This document shows, in pieces, positions 37,295 through 50,900 of a DNA stretch of 64,000 bases (position 1 is the first letter of the stretch; the number at the start of each line of letters is the position of its first letter). The stretch is from the NCBI GenBank assembly GCA_964016885.1, contig OZ024744.1, positions 132,060,001 through 132,124,000 on the forward strand, read 5' to 3'. The position numbers and the translations under genes are program-made. The notes below the pieces were generated by a model. The model was not told the DNA's origin. It saw only the letters and a list, made by a program, of their open reading frames with translations, and ran no database searches. This DNA is from Eledone cirrhosa (taxonomy: Eukaryota).

Positions 37295-37956
37295 TTACGT
37301 TGGGGTTAAGTTAAGTTGGGGTTAAGTTGAGGTTAAGTTAAGTTGTGGTTAAGTTAAGTTGGGGCTAAGTTAAGTTGGGGCTAAGTTAATTTGGGGTTAA
37401 GTTAAGTTGGGGTTAATTTAAGTTGGGGTTAGGTTAAGTTGGGGATAAGTTAAGTTGGGGATAAGTTAAGTTGGGGTTAAGTTAAGTTGGGTTTAAGTTA
37501 AGCTGGGGTTAAGTTAAGTTGGGGTTAAATTAAGTTGGGGTTAAGTTAAGTTTGGGTTAGGTTAAGTTGGGGATAAGTTAAGTTGGGGATAAGTTAAGTT
37601 GGGGTTAAGTTAAGTTGGGTTTAAGTTAAGTTGGGGTTAAGTTAAGTTGGGGTTAAGTTAAGTTGGGGTTAAGTTAAGTTGCGGTTAGTTAAGTTGAGTT
37701 TAAGTTAAGTTGGGGTTAATTTAAGTTGGGGTTAAGTTAAGTTGGGGTTCAGTTAAGTTGGGGTTAAGTCAAGTTGGGGTTAAGTTAAGTTGGGGTTAAG
37801 TTAAGTTGGGGTTAGGTTAAGTTGGGGATAATTTAAGTTGGGGATAAGCTAAGTTGGGGTTAAGTTAAGTTGGGTTTAAGTTAAGTTGGGGTTAAGTTAA
37901 GTTGGGGTTAAATTAAGTTGGGGTTAAGTTAAGCTGGGGTTAGTTTAAGTGGGGTT

Positions 37957-38301
37957 AACCCCAACTTAACTTAACCCCAACTTAACTTAACCCCAACTTC
38001 ACTCAACCCCAACTTAAATTAACCCCAACTTCACTCAACCCCAACTTAACTCAACCCCAACTTAAATTAACCCCAACTTAACTTAACCCTGACTTAACTT
38101 AACCCCGACTTAACTTAACCCCGACTTAACTTAACCCCAACTTAACTTAAACCCCAACTTAACTTAACCCCAACTTAACTTAACCCCAACTTGACTTAAC
38201 CCCAACTTAACTCACACCCAACTTAACTTACCCCCAACTTAACTTAACCACAACTTGACGTAAACCCAACTTAACTTAACCCCAACTTAACTTAACCCCA
38301 A
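37957..38301 (-). repeat. Inverted 16-mer block, class A
   Basis: As 13186. Confidence 0.95.
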
Positions 38302-38960
38302 AGTCGGAGTTCAGTTAAGTTGGGGTTCAGTTAAGTTAGGCTTAACTTAAGTTGGGGTTAAGTTAAGTTGGGGGTAAGTTAAGTTGGGGGTAAGTTAAGT
38401 TGGGGTTAAGTTAAGTTGGGGTTAAGTTGGGGTTAATTTAAGTTAGGGTTAAGTTAAGTTGGGGTTGAGTTAAGTTGGGGTTAAGTTAAGTGGTGGTTAT
38501 GTTAAGTTGGGGTTAAGTTAAGTTGGGGTTAAATTAAGTGGGGTTAACTTAAGTTGGGTGTAAGTTAAGTTGGGGTTGAGTGAAGTTGGGGTTAAGTTCA
38601 GTTGGGGTTAAGTTAAGTTAGGGTTAATTTAAGTTGGGGTTATGTTAAGTTGGTGTTAAGTTAAGTTGGGGTTAAGTCGAGTTGGGGTTAAGTTAAGTTG
38701 GGGTTAAGTTAAATTGGTGTTAAGTTAAGTTGGGGTTAAGTTAAGTTGGGGTTAGTTAAGTTGAGTTTAAGTTAAGTTGGGGTTAATTTAAGTTGGGGTT
38801 AAGTTAAGTTGGGGTTCAGTTAAGTTGGGGTTAAGTTAAGTTGGGGTTGAGTTAAGTTGTGGTTAAGTTAAGTTGGGGTTAGGTTAAGTTGGGGTTAAGT
38901 TAAGCTGGGGTTAAATTAAGTTGGGGTTAAGTTAAGTTGGGGTTAGGTTAAGTTGGGGTT

Positions 38961-39289
38961 AACCCCAACTTAACTTAACCCCAACTTAACTTAACCCCAA
39001 CTTCACTCAACCCCAACTTAACTTAACCCCAACTTCACTCAACCCCAACTTAACTTAACCCCAACTTCACTCAACCCCAACTTAACTCAACCCCAACTTA
39101 ACTTAACCCCAACTTAACTTAACCCTAACTTAACTTAACCCCGACTTAAACTTAACCCCGACTTAACTTAACCCCAACTTAACTTAACCCCAACTTAACT
39201 TAACCCCAACTTAACTTAATCCCAACTTGACTTAACCCCAACTTAACTCACACCCAACTTAACTTACCCCCAACTTAACTTAACCCCAA
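38961..39289 (-). repeat. Inverted 16-mer block, class B
   Basis: As 14190. Confidence 0.95.
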
Positions 39290-42025
39290 AGTCGGAGTTA
39301 AGTTAAGTTGGGGTTAAGTTAAGTTAGGCTTAACTTAAGTTGGGGTTAAGTTAAGTTGGGGGTAAGTTAAGTTGGGGGTAAGTTAAGTTGGGGTTAAGTT
39401 AAGTTGGGGTTAAGATAAGTGGTGGTTATGTTAAGTTGAGGTTAAGTTAAGTTAGGGTTAAATTAAGTTGGGGTTAAGTTAAGTTGGGTGTAAGTTAAGT
39501 TGGGGTTGAGTGAAGTTGGGGTTAAGTTAAGTTGGGGTTAAGTAGAGTTGGGGTTAAGTTAAGTTGGGGTTAAGTTAAGTTGGTGTTAAGTTGGGGTTAA
39601 GTTAAGTTGGGGTTAAGTTGGGGTTAAGTTAAGTGGTGGTTATGTTAAGTTGGGGTTAACTTAAGTTGGGGTTAATTTAAATTGGGGTTAAGTTAACTTT
39701 GTGGTTAAGTTAAGTTGGGGTTAAGTTAAGTTGGGGTTAAATTAAGTTGGGGTTGAGTGAAGTTGGGGTTAAGTTAAGTTGGGGTTAAGTTAAGTTGGGG
39801 TTAACTTAAGTTGGGTTTAAGTTAAGTTGCGGTTAAGTTAAGTTCGGGTTAAGTTAAGTTGGGGTTAAGTTAAATCGGGGTTAATTTAAGTTGGGGTTGA
39901 GTTAAGTTGGGGTTAATTTAAGTTGAGGTTATGTTAAGTTGGGGTTAATTTAAGTTGGGGTTAAGTTAAGTTGGGGTTAAGTTAAGTTGGGGTTAATTTA
40001 AGTTGGGATTAAGTTCAGTTGGGGTTAAATTAAGTTGGGGTTAAGTTAAGCTGGGGTTAAATTAAGTTGGGGTTAAGTTAAGTTGGGGTTAAGTTAAGTT
40101 GGGGTTAAGTTAAGTTAGGGTTAATTTAAGTTGGGGTTATGTTAAGTTGGGGTTAAGTTAAGTTGGGGTTAAGTCGAGTTGGGGTTAAGTTAAGTTGGGG
40201 TTAGTTAAGTTGAGTTTAAGTTAAGTTGGGGTTAATTTAAGTTGGGGTTAAGTTAAGTTGGGGTTCAGTTAAGTTGGGGTTAAGTTAAGTTGGGGTTAAG
40301 TTAAGTTGGTTTAAGTTAAGTTGGGGTTAGGTTAAGTTGGGGATAAGTTAAGTTGGGGATAAGCTAAGTTGGGGTTAAGTTAAGTTGGGTTTAAGTTAAG
40401 TTGGGGTTAAGTTAAGTTAGGCTTAACTTAAGTTGGGGTTAAGTTAAGTTGGGGGTAAATTAAGTTGGGGGTAAGTTAAGTTGGGGTTAAGTTAAGTTGG
40501 GGTTAAGTTAAGTGGTGGTTATGTTAAGTTGGGTTTAAGTTAAGTTGGGGTTAAATTAAGTTGGGGTTAAGTTAAGTTGGGTGTAAGTTAAGTTGGGGTT
40601 GAGTGAAGTTGGGGTTAAGTTAAGTTGGGGTTAAGTTAAGTTAGGGTTAATTTAAGTTGGGGTTATGTTAAGTTGGGGTTAAGTTAAGTTGGGGTTAAGT
40701 AGAGTTGGGGTTAAGTTAAGTTGGGGTTAAGTTAAGTTGGTGTTAAGTTGGGGTTAAGTTAAGTTGGGGTTAAGTTAAGTCGGGGTTAAGTTAAGTTGGG
40801 GTTGAGTTAAGTTGGGGTTAATTTAAGTTGAGGTTATGTTAAGTTGGGGTTAATTTAAGTTGGGGTTAATTTAAGTTGGGGTTAAGTTAAGTTGGGGTTA
40901 AGTTGAGGTTAAGTTAAGTTGTGGTTAAGTTAAGTTGGGGCTAAGTTAAGTTGGGGCTAAGTTAAGTTGGGGCTAAGTTAAGTTGGGGTTAAGTTAAGTT
41001 GGGGTTAAGTTAAGTTGGGTTTAATTTAAGTTGGGGTCAACTTAAGTTGGGGTTAAGTTGAGTTGGGGTTAAATTAAGTTGGGGTTAATTTAAGTTGGGG
41101 CTAAGTTAAGTTGGGGCTGAGTTAAGTTGGGGTTAAGTTAAGTTGGGGTTAAGTTAAGTTGGGGTTAAGTTAATTTTGGGTTAACTTAAGTTGTGGTTCA
41201 GTTAAGTTGGGGTTAAGTTAAGTTTGGGTTAATTTGGGGTTAAATTAAGTTGGGGTTAAGTTAAGTTGGGGTTAAGTTAAGTTGGGGTTAAGTTAAGTTG
41301 GGGTTAATTTAAGTTGGGGTTAAGTTAAGTCGGGGTTAAGTTAAGTCGGTGTTAAGTTAAGTTAGGGTTAAGTTAAGTTGGGGTTAAGTTAAGTTGGCTT
41401 TAAGTTAAGCTGGGGTTAAGTTAAGTTGGGGTTAAATTAAGTTGGGGTTAAGTTAAGTTGGGGTTGGGTTAAGTTTGGGTTAGGTTAAGTTGGGGTTAAA
41501 TTAAGTTGGGGTTAAGTTAAGTTGGGGTTAAGTTAAGTTGGGCTTAGGTTAAGTTGGGGATAAGTTAAGTTGGGGATAATTTAAGTTGGGGTTAAGTTAA
41601 GTTGGGTTTAAGTTAAGCTGGGGTTAAGTTAAGTTGGGGTTAAATTAAGTTGGGGTTAAGTTAAGTTGGGGTTAAGTTAAGTTTGGGTTAGGTTAAGTTG
41701 GGGATTAGTTAAGTTGGGGATAAGTTAAGTTGGGGTTAAGTTAAGTTGGGTTTAAGTTAAGTTGTGGTTAAGTTAAGTTGGGGTTAAGTTAAGTTGGGGG
41801 TTAAGTTAAGTTGGGGTTAGTTAAGTTTAGTTTAAGTTAAGTTGGGGTTAATTTAAGTTGGGGTTAAGTTAAGTTGGGGTTCAGTTAAGTTGGGGATAAG
41901 TCAAGTTGGGGTTAAGTTAAGTTGGGGTTAAGTTAAGTTGGGGTTAAATTAAGTTGGAGATAAGTTAAGCTGGGGTTAAATTAAGTTGGGGTTAAGTTAA
42001 GTTGGGGTTTGGTTAAGTTGGGGTT

Positions 42026-42321
42026 AACCCCAACTTAACTTAACCCCAACTTAACTTAGCCCCAACTTCACTCAACCCCAACTTAACTTAACCCCAACTT
42101 CACTCAACCCCAACTTAACTCAACCCCAACTTAAGTTAACCCCAACTTAACTTAACCCTAACTTAACTTAACCCCGACTTAACTTAACCCCGACTTAACT
42201 TAACCCCAACTTAACTTAACCCCAACTTAACTTAACCCCAACTTAACTTAATCCCAACTTGACTTAACCCCAACTTACCTCACACCCAACTTAACTTACC
42301 CCCAACTTAACTTAACCCCAA
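42026..42321 (-). repeat. Inverted 16-mer block, class C
   Basis: Ends AAAATCGGAGTTACG; variant CTTACCTCACACCC. Confidence 0.95.
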
Positions 42322-45216
42322 AATCGGAGTTACGTTAAGTTGGGGTTAAGTTAAGTTAGGCTTAACTTAAGTTGGGCTTAAGTTAAGTTGGGGGTAAGTT
42401 AAGTTGGGGGTAAGTTAAGTTGGGGTTAATTTAAGTTGGGGTTAAGTTAAGTGGTGGTTATGTTAAGTTGGGGTTAATTTAAGTTGGGGTTAAATTAAGT
42501 TGCGGTTAAGTTAAGTTGGGTGTAAGTTAAGTTGGGGTTGAGTGAAGTTGGGGTTAAGTTAAGTTGGGGTTAAGTAGAGTTGGGGTTAAGTTAAGTTGGG
42601 GTTAAGTTAAGTTGGTGTTAAGTTGGGGTTAAGTTAAGTTGGGGTTAAGTTGGGGTTAAGTTAAGTGGTGGTTATGTTAAGTTGGGGTTAACTTAAGTTG
42701 GGGATAATTTAAATTGGGGTTAAGTTAACTTTGTGGTTAAGTTAAGTTGGGGTTAAGTTAAGTTGGGGTTAAGTTAAGTTGGGGTTGAGGGAAGTTGGGG
42801 TTAAGTTAAGTTGGGGTTAACTTAAGTTGGGTTTAAGTTAAGTTGCGGTTAAGTTAAGTTGGGGTTAAGTTAAGTTGGGGTTAAGTTAAGTCGGGGTTAA
42901 GTTAAGTTGGGGTTGAGTTAAGTTGGGGTTAATTTAAGTTGAGGTTATGTTAAGTTGGGGTTAATTTAAGTTGGGGTTAAGTTAAGTTGGGGTTAAGTTA
43001 AGTTGGGGTTAATTTAAGTTGGGGTTAAGTTCAGTTGGCGTTAATTTAAGTTGGGGTTAAGTTAAGTTGGGTTTAAGTTAAGTTGGGGTTAAATTAAGTT
43101 GGGGTTAAATTAAGTTGGGGTTAAGTTAAGTTGGGGTTAGGTTAAGTTGGGGATAAGTTAAGTTGGGGATAAGCTAAGTTGGGGTTAAGTTAAGTCGGGG
43201 TTATGTTAAGTCGGTGTTAAGTTAAGTTAGGGTTAAGTTAAGTTGGGGTTAAGTTAAGTTGGGGTTGAGTTAAGTTGGGGTTGAGTTAAATTGGGGTTGA
43301 GTTAAGTTGGGGTTAAGTTAAGTTGGGGTTAAGTTAAGTTGGGGTTAAGTTAAGTTGGGGTTGAGTTAAGTTGTGGTTACTTCAAGTTGGGGCTAAGTTA
43401 AGTTGGGGCTGAGTTAAGTTGGGTGTACGTTAAGTTGGGGTTAAGTTAAGTTGGTGTTAAGTTGGGGTTAATTTAAGTGGTGGTTATGTTAAGTTGGGGT
43501 TAAGTTAAGTTGGGGTTAATTTAAATTGGGGGTTAAGTTAAATTTGTGGTTAAGTTAAGTTGGAGTTAAGTTAAGTTGGAGTTAAGTTAAGTTGGGGTTG
43601 AGTGAAGTTGGGGTTAAGTTAAGTTGGGGTTAACTTAAGTTGGGTTTGAGTTAAGTTGCGGTTAAGTTAAGTTGGGGTTAAGTTAAGTTGGGGTTAAGTT
43701 AAGTCGGGGTTAATTTAAGTTGGGGTTAAGTTAAGTTGGGGTTAAATTAAGTTGGGGTTAAGTTAAGTTGGGTGTAAGTTAAGTTGGGGTTGAGTGAAGT
43801 TGGGGTTAAGTTAAGTTGGGGTTAAGTTAACTTAGGGTTAATTTAAGTTGGGGTTATGTTAAGTTGGGGTTAAGTTAAGTTGGGGTTAAGTAGAGTTGGG
43901 GTTAAGTTAAGTTGGGGTTAAGTTAAGTTGGTGTTAAGTTGGGGTTAAGTTAAGTTGGGGTTAAGTTAAGTCGGGGTTAAGTTAAGTTGGGGTTGAGTTA
44001 AGTTGGGGTTAATTTAAGTTGAGGTTATGTTAAGTTGGGGTTAATTTAAGTTGGGGTTAATTTAAGTTGGGGTTAAGTTAAGTTGGGGTTAAGTTGAGGT
44101 TAAGTTAAGTTGTGGTTAAGTTAAGTTGGGGCTAAGTTAAGTTGGGGCTAAGTTAAGTTGGGGCTAAGTTAAGTTGGGGTTAAGTTAAGTTGGGGTTAAG
44201 TTAAGTAGGGTTTAATTTAAGTTGGGGTCAACTTAAGTTGGGGTTAAGTTGAGTTGGGGTTAAATTAAGTTGGGGTTAATTTAAGTTGGGGCTAAGTTAA
44301 GTTGGAGCTGAGTTAAGTTGGGGTTAAGTTAAGTTGGGGTTAAGTTAAGTTGGGGTTAAGTTAATTTTGGGTTAACTTAAGTTGTGGTTCAGTTAAGTTG
44401 GGGTTAAGTTAAGTTTGGGTTAATTTGGGGTTAAATTAAGTTGGGGTTAAGTTAAGTTGGGGTTAAGTTAAGTTGGGGTTAAGTTAAGTTGGGGTTAATT
44501 TAAGTTGGGGTTAAGTTAAGTCGGGGTTAAGTTAAGTCGGTGTTACGTTAAGTTAGGGTTAAGTTAAGTTGGGGTTAAGTTAAGTTGGCTTTAAGTTAAG
44601 CTGGGGTTAAGTTAAGTTGGGGTTAAATTAAGTTGGGGTTAAGTTAAGTTGGGGTTGGGTTAAGTTTGGGTTAGGTTAAGTTGGGGTTAAATTAAGTTGG
44701 GGTTAAGTTAAGTTGGGGTTAAGTTAAGTTGGGCTTAGGTTAAGTTGGGGATAAGTTAAGTTGGGGATAATTTAAGTTGGGGTTAAGTTAAGTTGGGTTT
44801 AAGTTAAGCTGGGGTTAAGTTAAGTTGGGGTTAAATTAAGTTGGGGTTAAGTTAAGTTGGGGTTAAGTTAAGTTTGGGTTAGGTTAAGTTGGGGATTAGT
44901 TAAGTTGGGGATAAGTTAAGTTGGGGTTAAGTTAAGTTGGGTTTAAGTTAAGTTGTGGTTAAGTTAAGTTGGGGTTAAGTTAAGTTGGGGGTTAAGTTAA
45001 GTTGGGGTTAGTTAAGTTTAGTTTAAGTTAAGTTGGGGTTAATTTAAGTTGGGGTTAAGTTAAGTTGGGGTTCAGTTAAGTTGGGGATAAGTCAAGTTGG
45101 GGTTAAGTTAAGTTGGGGTTAAGTTAAGTTGGGGTTAAATTAAGTTGGAGATAAGTTAAGCTGGGGTTAAATTAAGTTGGGGTTAAGTTAAGTTGGGGTT
45201 AGGTTAAGTTGGGGTT

Positions 45217-45512
45217 AACCCCAACTTAACTTAACCCCAACTTAACTTACCCCCAACTTCACTCAACCCCAACTTAACTTAACCCCAACTTCACTCAACC
45301 CCAACTTAACTCAACCCCAACTTAAGTTAACCCCAACTTAACTTAACCCTAACTTAACTTAACCCCGACTTAACTTAACCCCGACTTAACTTAACCCCAA
45401 CTTAACTTAACCCCAACTTAACTTAACCCCAACTTAACTTAATCCCAACTTGACTTAACCCCAACTTACCTCACACCCAACTTAACTTACCCCCAACTTA
45501 ACTTAACCCCAA
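45217..45512 (-). repeat. Inverted 16-mer block, class C (duplicate of 42026)
   Basis: Same CTTACCTCACACCC variant, offset 3191. Confidence 0.95.
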
Positions 45513-47916
45513 AATCGGAGTTACGTTAAGTTGGGGTTAAGTTAAGTTAGGCTTAACTTAAGTTGGGCTTAAGTTAAGTTGGGGGTAAGTTAAGTTGGGG
45601 GTAAGTTAAGTTGGGGTTAATTTAAGTTGGGGTTAAGTTAAGTGGTGGTTATGTTAAGTTGGGGTTAATTTAAGTTGGGGTTAAATTAAGTTGGGGTTAA
45701 GTTAAGTTGGGTGTAAGTTAAGTTGGGGTTGAGTGAAGTTGGGGTTAAGTTAAGTTGGGGTTAAGTAGAGTTGGGGTTAAGTTAAGTTGGGGTTAAGTTA
45801 AGTTGGTGTTAAGTTGGGGTTAAGTTAAGTTGGGGTTAAGTTGGGGTTAAGTTAAGTGGTGGTTATGTTAAGTTGGGGTTAACTTAAGTTGGGGTTAATT
45901 TAAATTGGGGTTAAGTTAACTTTGTGGTTAAGTTAAGTTGGGGTTAAGTTAAGTTGGGGTTAAGTTAAGTTGGGGTTGAGGGAAGTTGGGGTTAAGTTAA
46001 GTTGGGGTTAACTTAAGTTGGGTTTAAGTTAAGTTGCGGTTAAGTTAAGTTGGGGTTAAGTTAAGTTGGGGTTAAGTTAAGTCGGGGTTAAGTTAAGTTG
46101 GGGTTGAGTTAAGTTGGGGTTAATTTAAGTTGAGGTTATGTTAAGTTGGGGTTAATTTAAGTTGGGGTTAAGTTAAGTTGGGGTTAAGTTAAGTTGGGGT
46201 TAATTTAAGTTGGGGTTAAGTTCAGTTGGCGTTAATTTAAGTTGGGGTTAAGTTAAGTTGGGTTTAAGTTAAGTTGGGGTTAAATTAAGTTGGGGTTAAG
46301 TTAAGTTGGGGTTAGGTTAAGTTGGGGATAAGTTAAGTTGGGGATAAGCTAAGTTGGGGTTAAGTTAAGTTGGGTTTAAGTTAAGTTGGGGTTAAGTTAA
46401 GTCGGGGTTATGTTAAGTCGGTGTTAAGTTAAGTTAGGGTTAAGTTAAGTTGGGGTTAAGTTAAGTTGGGGTTGAGTTAAGTTGGGGTTGAGTTAAATTG
46501 GGGTTGAGTTAAGTTGGGGTTAAGTTAAGTTGGGGTTAAGTTAAGTTGGGGTTAAGTTAAGTTGGGGTTGAGTTAAGTTGGGGTTACTTCAAGTTGGGGC
46601 TAAGTTAAGTTGGGGCTGAGTTAAGTTGGGTGTACGTTAAGTTGGGGTTGACTGAAGTTGGGGTTAAGTTAAGTTGGTGTTAAGTTGGGGTTAATTTAAG
46701 TGGTGGTTATGTTAAGTTGGGGTTAAGTTAAGTTGGGGTTAATTTAAATTGGGGTTAAGTTAACTTTGTGGTTAAGTTAAGTTGGAGTTAAGTTAAGTTG
46801 GAGTTAAGTTAAGTTGGGGTTGAGTGAAGTTGGGGTTAAGTTAAGTTGGGGTTAACTTAAGTTGGGTTTGAGTTAAGTTGCGGTTAAGTTAAGTTGGGGT
46901 TAAGTTAAGTTGGGGTTAAGTTAAGTCGGGGTTAATTTAAGTTGGGGTTAAGTTAAGTTGGGGTTAATTTAAGTTGGGGTTAAGTTAAGTTTAGGTTAAG
47001 TTAAGTTGGGGTTAAATTAAGTTGGGGTTAAGTTAAGTTGGGGTTAAGTTAAGTTGGGGTTAGGTTAAGTTGGGGGATAAGTTAAGTTGGGGATAAGTTA
47101 AGTTGGGGTTAAGTTAAGTTGGGTTTAAGTTAAGTTGGGGTTAAGTTAAGTTGGGGTTTAATTAAGTTGGGGTTGAGTTAAGTTGGGGTTGACTTAAGTT
47201 GGGCTTAAGTTAAGTTGGGGTTAAGTTAAGATGTGGTTAAGTTAAGTTGGGGTTAAGTTAAGTTGGGGTTAAATTAAGTTGGGGTTAAGTTAAGTTGGGG
47301 GTAAGGTAAGTTGGTGGTAAGTTAAGTTGGGGGTAAGTTAAGATGGGGCTAAGTTAAGTTGGGGTTAAGTTAATTTGGGGTTAAGTTAAGTTAGGGTTAA
47401 GTTAAGTTGGGGTTGACTTAAGTTGGGGTTAAGTTAAGTTGGGGTTATGTTAAGTTGGGTTTAAGTTAAGTTGGGGTTAAGTTAAGTTGGGGTTAAGTTA
47501 AGTTGCGGTTAAGTTAAGTTGGGGTTAAGTTAAGTTGGGGTTAAGTTAAGTTGGGGTTAAGTTAAGTTGGTGTTAATTTAAGTTGGGGTTAAATTAAGTT
47601 GGGGTTAATTTAAGTTGGGGGTTAAGATAAGTTGGGGTTAAGTTAAGTTGGGGTTAAATTAAGTTGGGGTTAAGTTAAGTTGGGGTTAATTTAAGTTGGG
47701 GTTAAGTTAAGTTGGGGTTGAGTTAAGTTGGGGGTAAGTTAAGTTGGGGGTAAGTTAAGTTGGGTGTAAGTTAAGATGGGGTTAAGTTAAGTTGGGGTTA
47801 AGTTATTTTGGGGTTAAGTTAAGTTGGGGGTAAGTTAAGTTGGGGTTAATTTAAGTTGGGGTTCAGTTAAATTGAGGTTAAGATAACTTGGGTTTGCGTT
47901 AAGATGGGGTTAAGTT

Positions 47917-50900
47917 AGGTTTGTCGAAAACCTTATATAATCATTTTTATTTAGGTTCTTCGAAACACCTTATATAATCAATTTTTTTAGGTTTTTCGAA
48001 AAACCTTATATAATCAATTTTTTAATACTTTTAGAAATATTTATATCTGATTTCAAATATTGATTTTATTAGGTTTTTGGAATAATCAATTTTTTTTACG
48101 TTTTTCGAAAAATGTTATATAATCAATTTTTTTTAGGTTTTTCGAATCAATTCAATTTTTATAATCAAATATTTTTAGGTTTTTAGAAAAACCTTATATA
48201 ATCAAATTTTTTTAGGTTTTTCGAAAAACCTAATATAATTAATTTTTTTATACTTTTAGAAATATTTATATCTGATTTCAAATATTGGATTTTTTAGGTT
48301 TTTCGATAATCAATTTTTTTTAGATTTTTCGAAAAATCTTATATAATCAATTTTTTTACGTTTTTAGAAAGACCTTATATAATCAATTTTTTTATACTTT
48401 TAGAAATATTTATATCTGATTTCAAATATTGATTTTTTTTTTAGGTTTTTCGAAATACCTTATATAATCAATTTTTTTTAGGTTTTTCAAATTACTTTAT
48501 ATAATCAATTTTTTTTATCTGATTTCAAATATTGATTTTTTTAGCTTTTTCGACAAAATCTTATATAATCAATTTTTTTTAGGTTTTTCGAAAAAGAATG
48601 AATTTGAGTTCATAGTCGAAATATATACTTCTGCATTAATCTTTTTACATTTTTTTGATTTTTTTTAAAAAAACGTAAAAAATTAATGCTTTTACAAATC
48701 TTTTGAAATATTTACTTTCTAGTTTCAAATTTTGCAGATTAAATTTTTCTCGAAAAACCTAAAAAATCAGTTGTCGAAATCAGAAGTTAATATTTCGTAA
48801 AACGCAATTTGAAAAACTCATTAATTTTTTTTCGAAAACTTATTATATAATCAATTTTTTTATACTTTTAGAAATATTTATATCTGATTTCAAATATTGA
48901 TTTTTTTAGGTTTTTCGAAAACCCTATATAATCAATTTTTTTGTACTTTTAGAAATATCTATATCTGATTTCATGTATTGATTTTTTTATATTTTTCGAA
49001 AAAGCTTAGATAATCAATTTTTTTAGGTCTTTCGAAAACATTATATAATCAATTTTTTTTTAGGTTTTTCGAAAAAACCTTATATAATCAATTTTTTTTA
49101 GGTTTTTCAAATATTGATTTTTTTAGCTTTTTCGACAAAATCTTATATAATCAATTTTTTTTAGGTTTTTCGAAAAAGAATGAATTTGAGTTCAAAGTCG
49201 AAATATATACTTCTGCATTAATCTTTTTACGTTTTTTTGATTTTTTTTAAAAAAACGTAAAAAATTAATGCTTTTACAAATCTTTTGAAATATTTACTTT
49301 CTAGTTTCAAATTTTGCAGATTAAATTTTTCTCGAAAAACCTAAAAAATCAGTTGTCGAAATCAGAAGTTAATATTTCGAAAAACGCAATTTGAAAAACT
49401 CATATTAATTTTTTTTCGAAAACATTATATAATCAATTTTTTTATACTTTTAGAAATATTTATATCTGATTTCAAATATTGATTTTTTTAGGTTTTTCGA
49501 AAACCCTATATAATCAATTTTTTTGTACTTTTAGAAATATCTATATCTGATTTCATGTATTGATTTTTTTATATTTTTCGAAAAATCTTATATAATCAAT
49601 TTTTTTACGTTTTTAGAAAAACCTTATATAATCAATTTTTTTTGTTTTTTCTAAAAATCTTATATAATCAATTTTTTTTAGGTTTTTCGAAAAACCTTAT
49701 ATAATCAATTTTTTTATGTTTTTTCGAAAAATCTTATATAATCAATTTTTTTACGTTTTTAGAAATATTTATATCTGATTTCAAATATTGATTTTTTTTA
49801 GATTTTTCGAAATACCTTATATAATCAATTTTTTTTAGGTTTTTCAAATTACCTTATATAATCAATTTTTTTTATCTGATTTCAAATATTGATTTTTTTA
49901 GCTTTTTCGACAAAATCTTATATAATCAATTTTTTTTAGGTTTTTCGAAAAAGAATGAATTTGAGTTCATAGTCGAAATATATACTTCTGCATTAATCTT
50001 TTTACGTTTTTTTGATTTTTTTTAAAAAAACGTAAAAAATTAATGCTTTTACAAATCTCTTGAAATATTCACTTTCTAGTTTCAAATTTTGCAGATTAAA
50101 TTTTTCTCGAAAAACCTAAAAAATCAGTTGTCGAAATCAGAAGTTAATATTTCGTAAAACGCAATTTGAAAAACTCATATTAATTTTTTTTCGAAAACTT
50201 ATTATATAATCAATTTTTTTATACTTTTAGAAATATTTATATCTGATTTCAAATATTGATTTTTTTAGGTTTTTCGAAAACCCTATATAATCAATTTTTT
50301 TGTACTTTTAGAAATATCTATATCTGATTTCATGTATTGATTTTTTTATATTTTTCGAAAAAGCTTAGATAATCAATTTTTTTAGGTCTTTCGAAAACAT
50401 TATATAATCAATTTTTTTTTAGGTTTTTCGAAAAAACCTTATATAATCAATTCTTTTTAGGTTTTTTCGAAAAATCTTATATAATCAATTTTTTTACGTT
50501 TTTAGAAAAACCTTATATAATCAATTTTTTTTAGATTTTTCAAAAAACCTTATATAATCAATTTTTTTTAGGTTTTTCGAAAAACCTTATATAATCAATT
50601 TTTTTTGTTTTTTTGAAAAATCTTATATAATCAATTTTTTTACGTTTTTAGAAATATTTATATCTGATTTCAAATATTGATTTTTTTTAGGTTTTTCGAA
50701 TTACCTTATATAATCAATTTTTTTTAGGTTTTTCAAATTACCATAAGGTAATTTGAAAAACCTAAAAAAAATTGATCTGATTTCAAACATTGATTTTTTT
50801 AGCTTTTTCGACAAAATCTTATATAATCAATTTTCTTTAGGTTTTTCGAAAAAGAATGAATTTGAGTTCATAGTCGAAATATATACTTCTGCATTAATCT

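Larger units (their letters stand above)
35676..47916 (+). repeat. Higher-order repeat unit (12,241 bp), rearranged (A, B, C, C)
   Basis: Same start; internal duplication, and lacks a ~2.5 kb distal segment. Confidence 0.85.
37295..47916 (+). repeat. 16-bp G-rich tandem satellite, block 4
   Basis: Same monomer; contains an internal ~3.19 kb tandem duplication. Confidence 0.98.
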
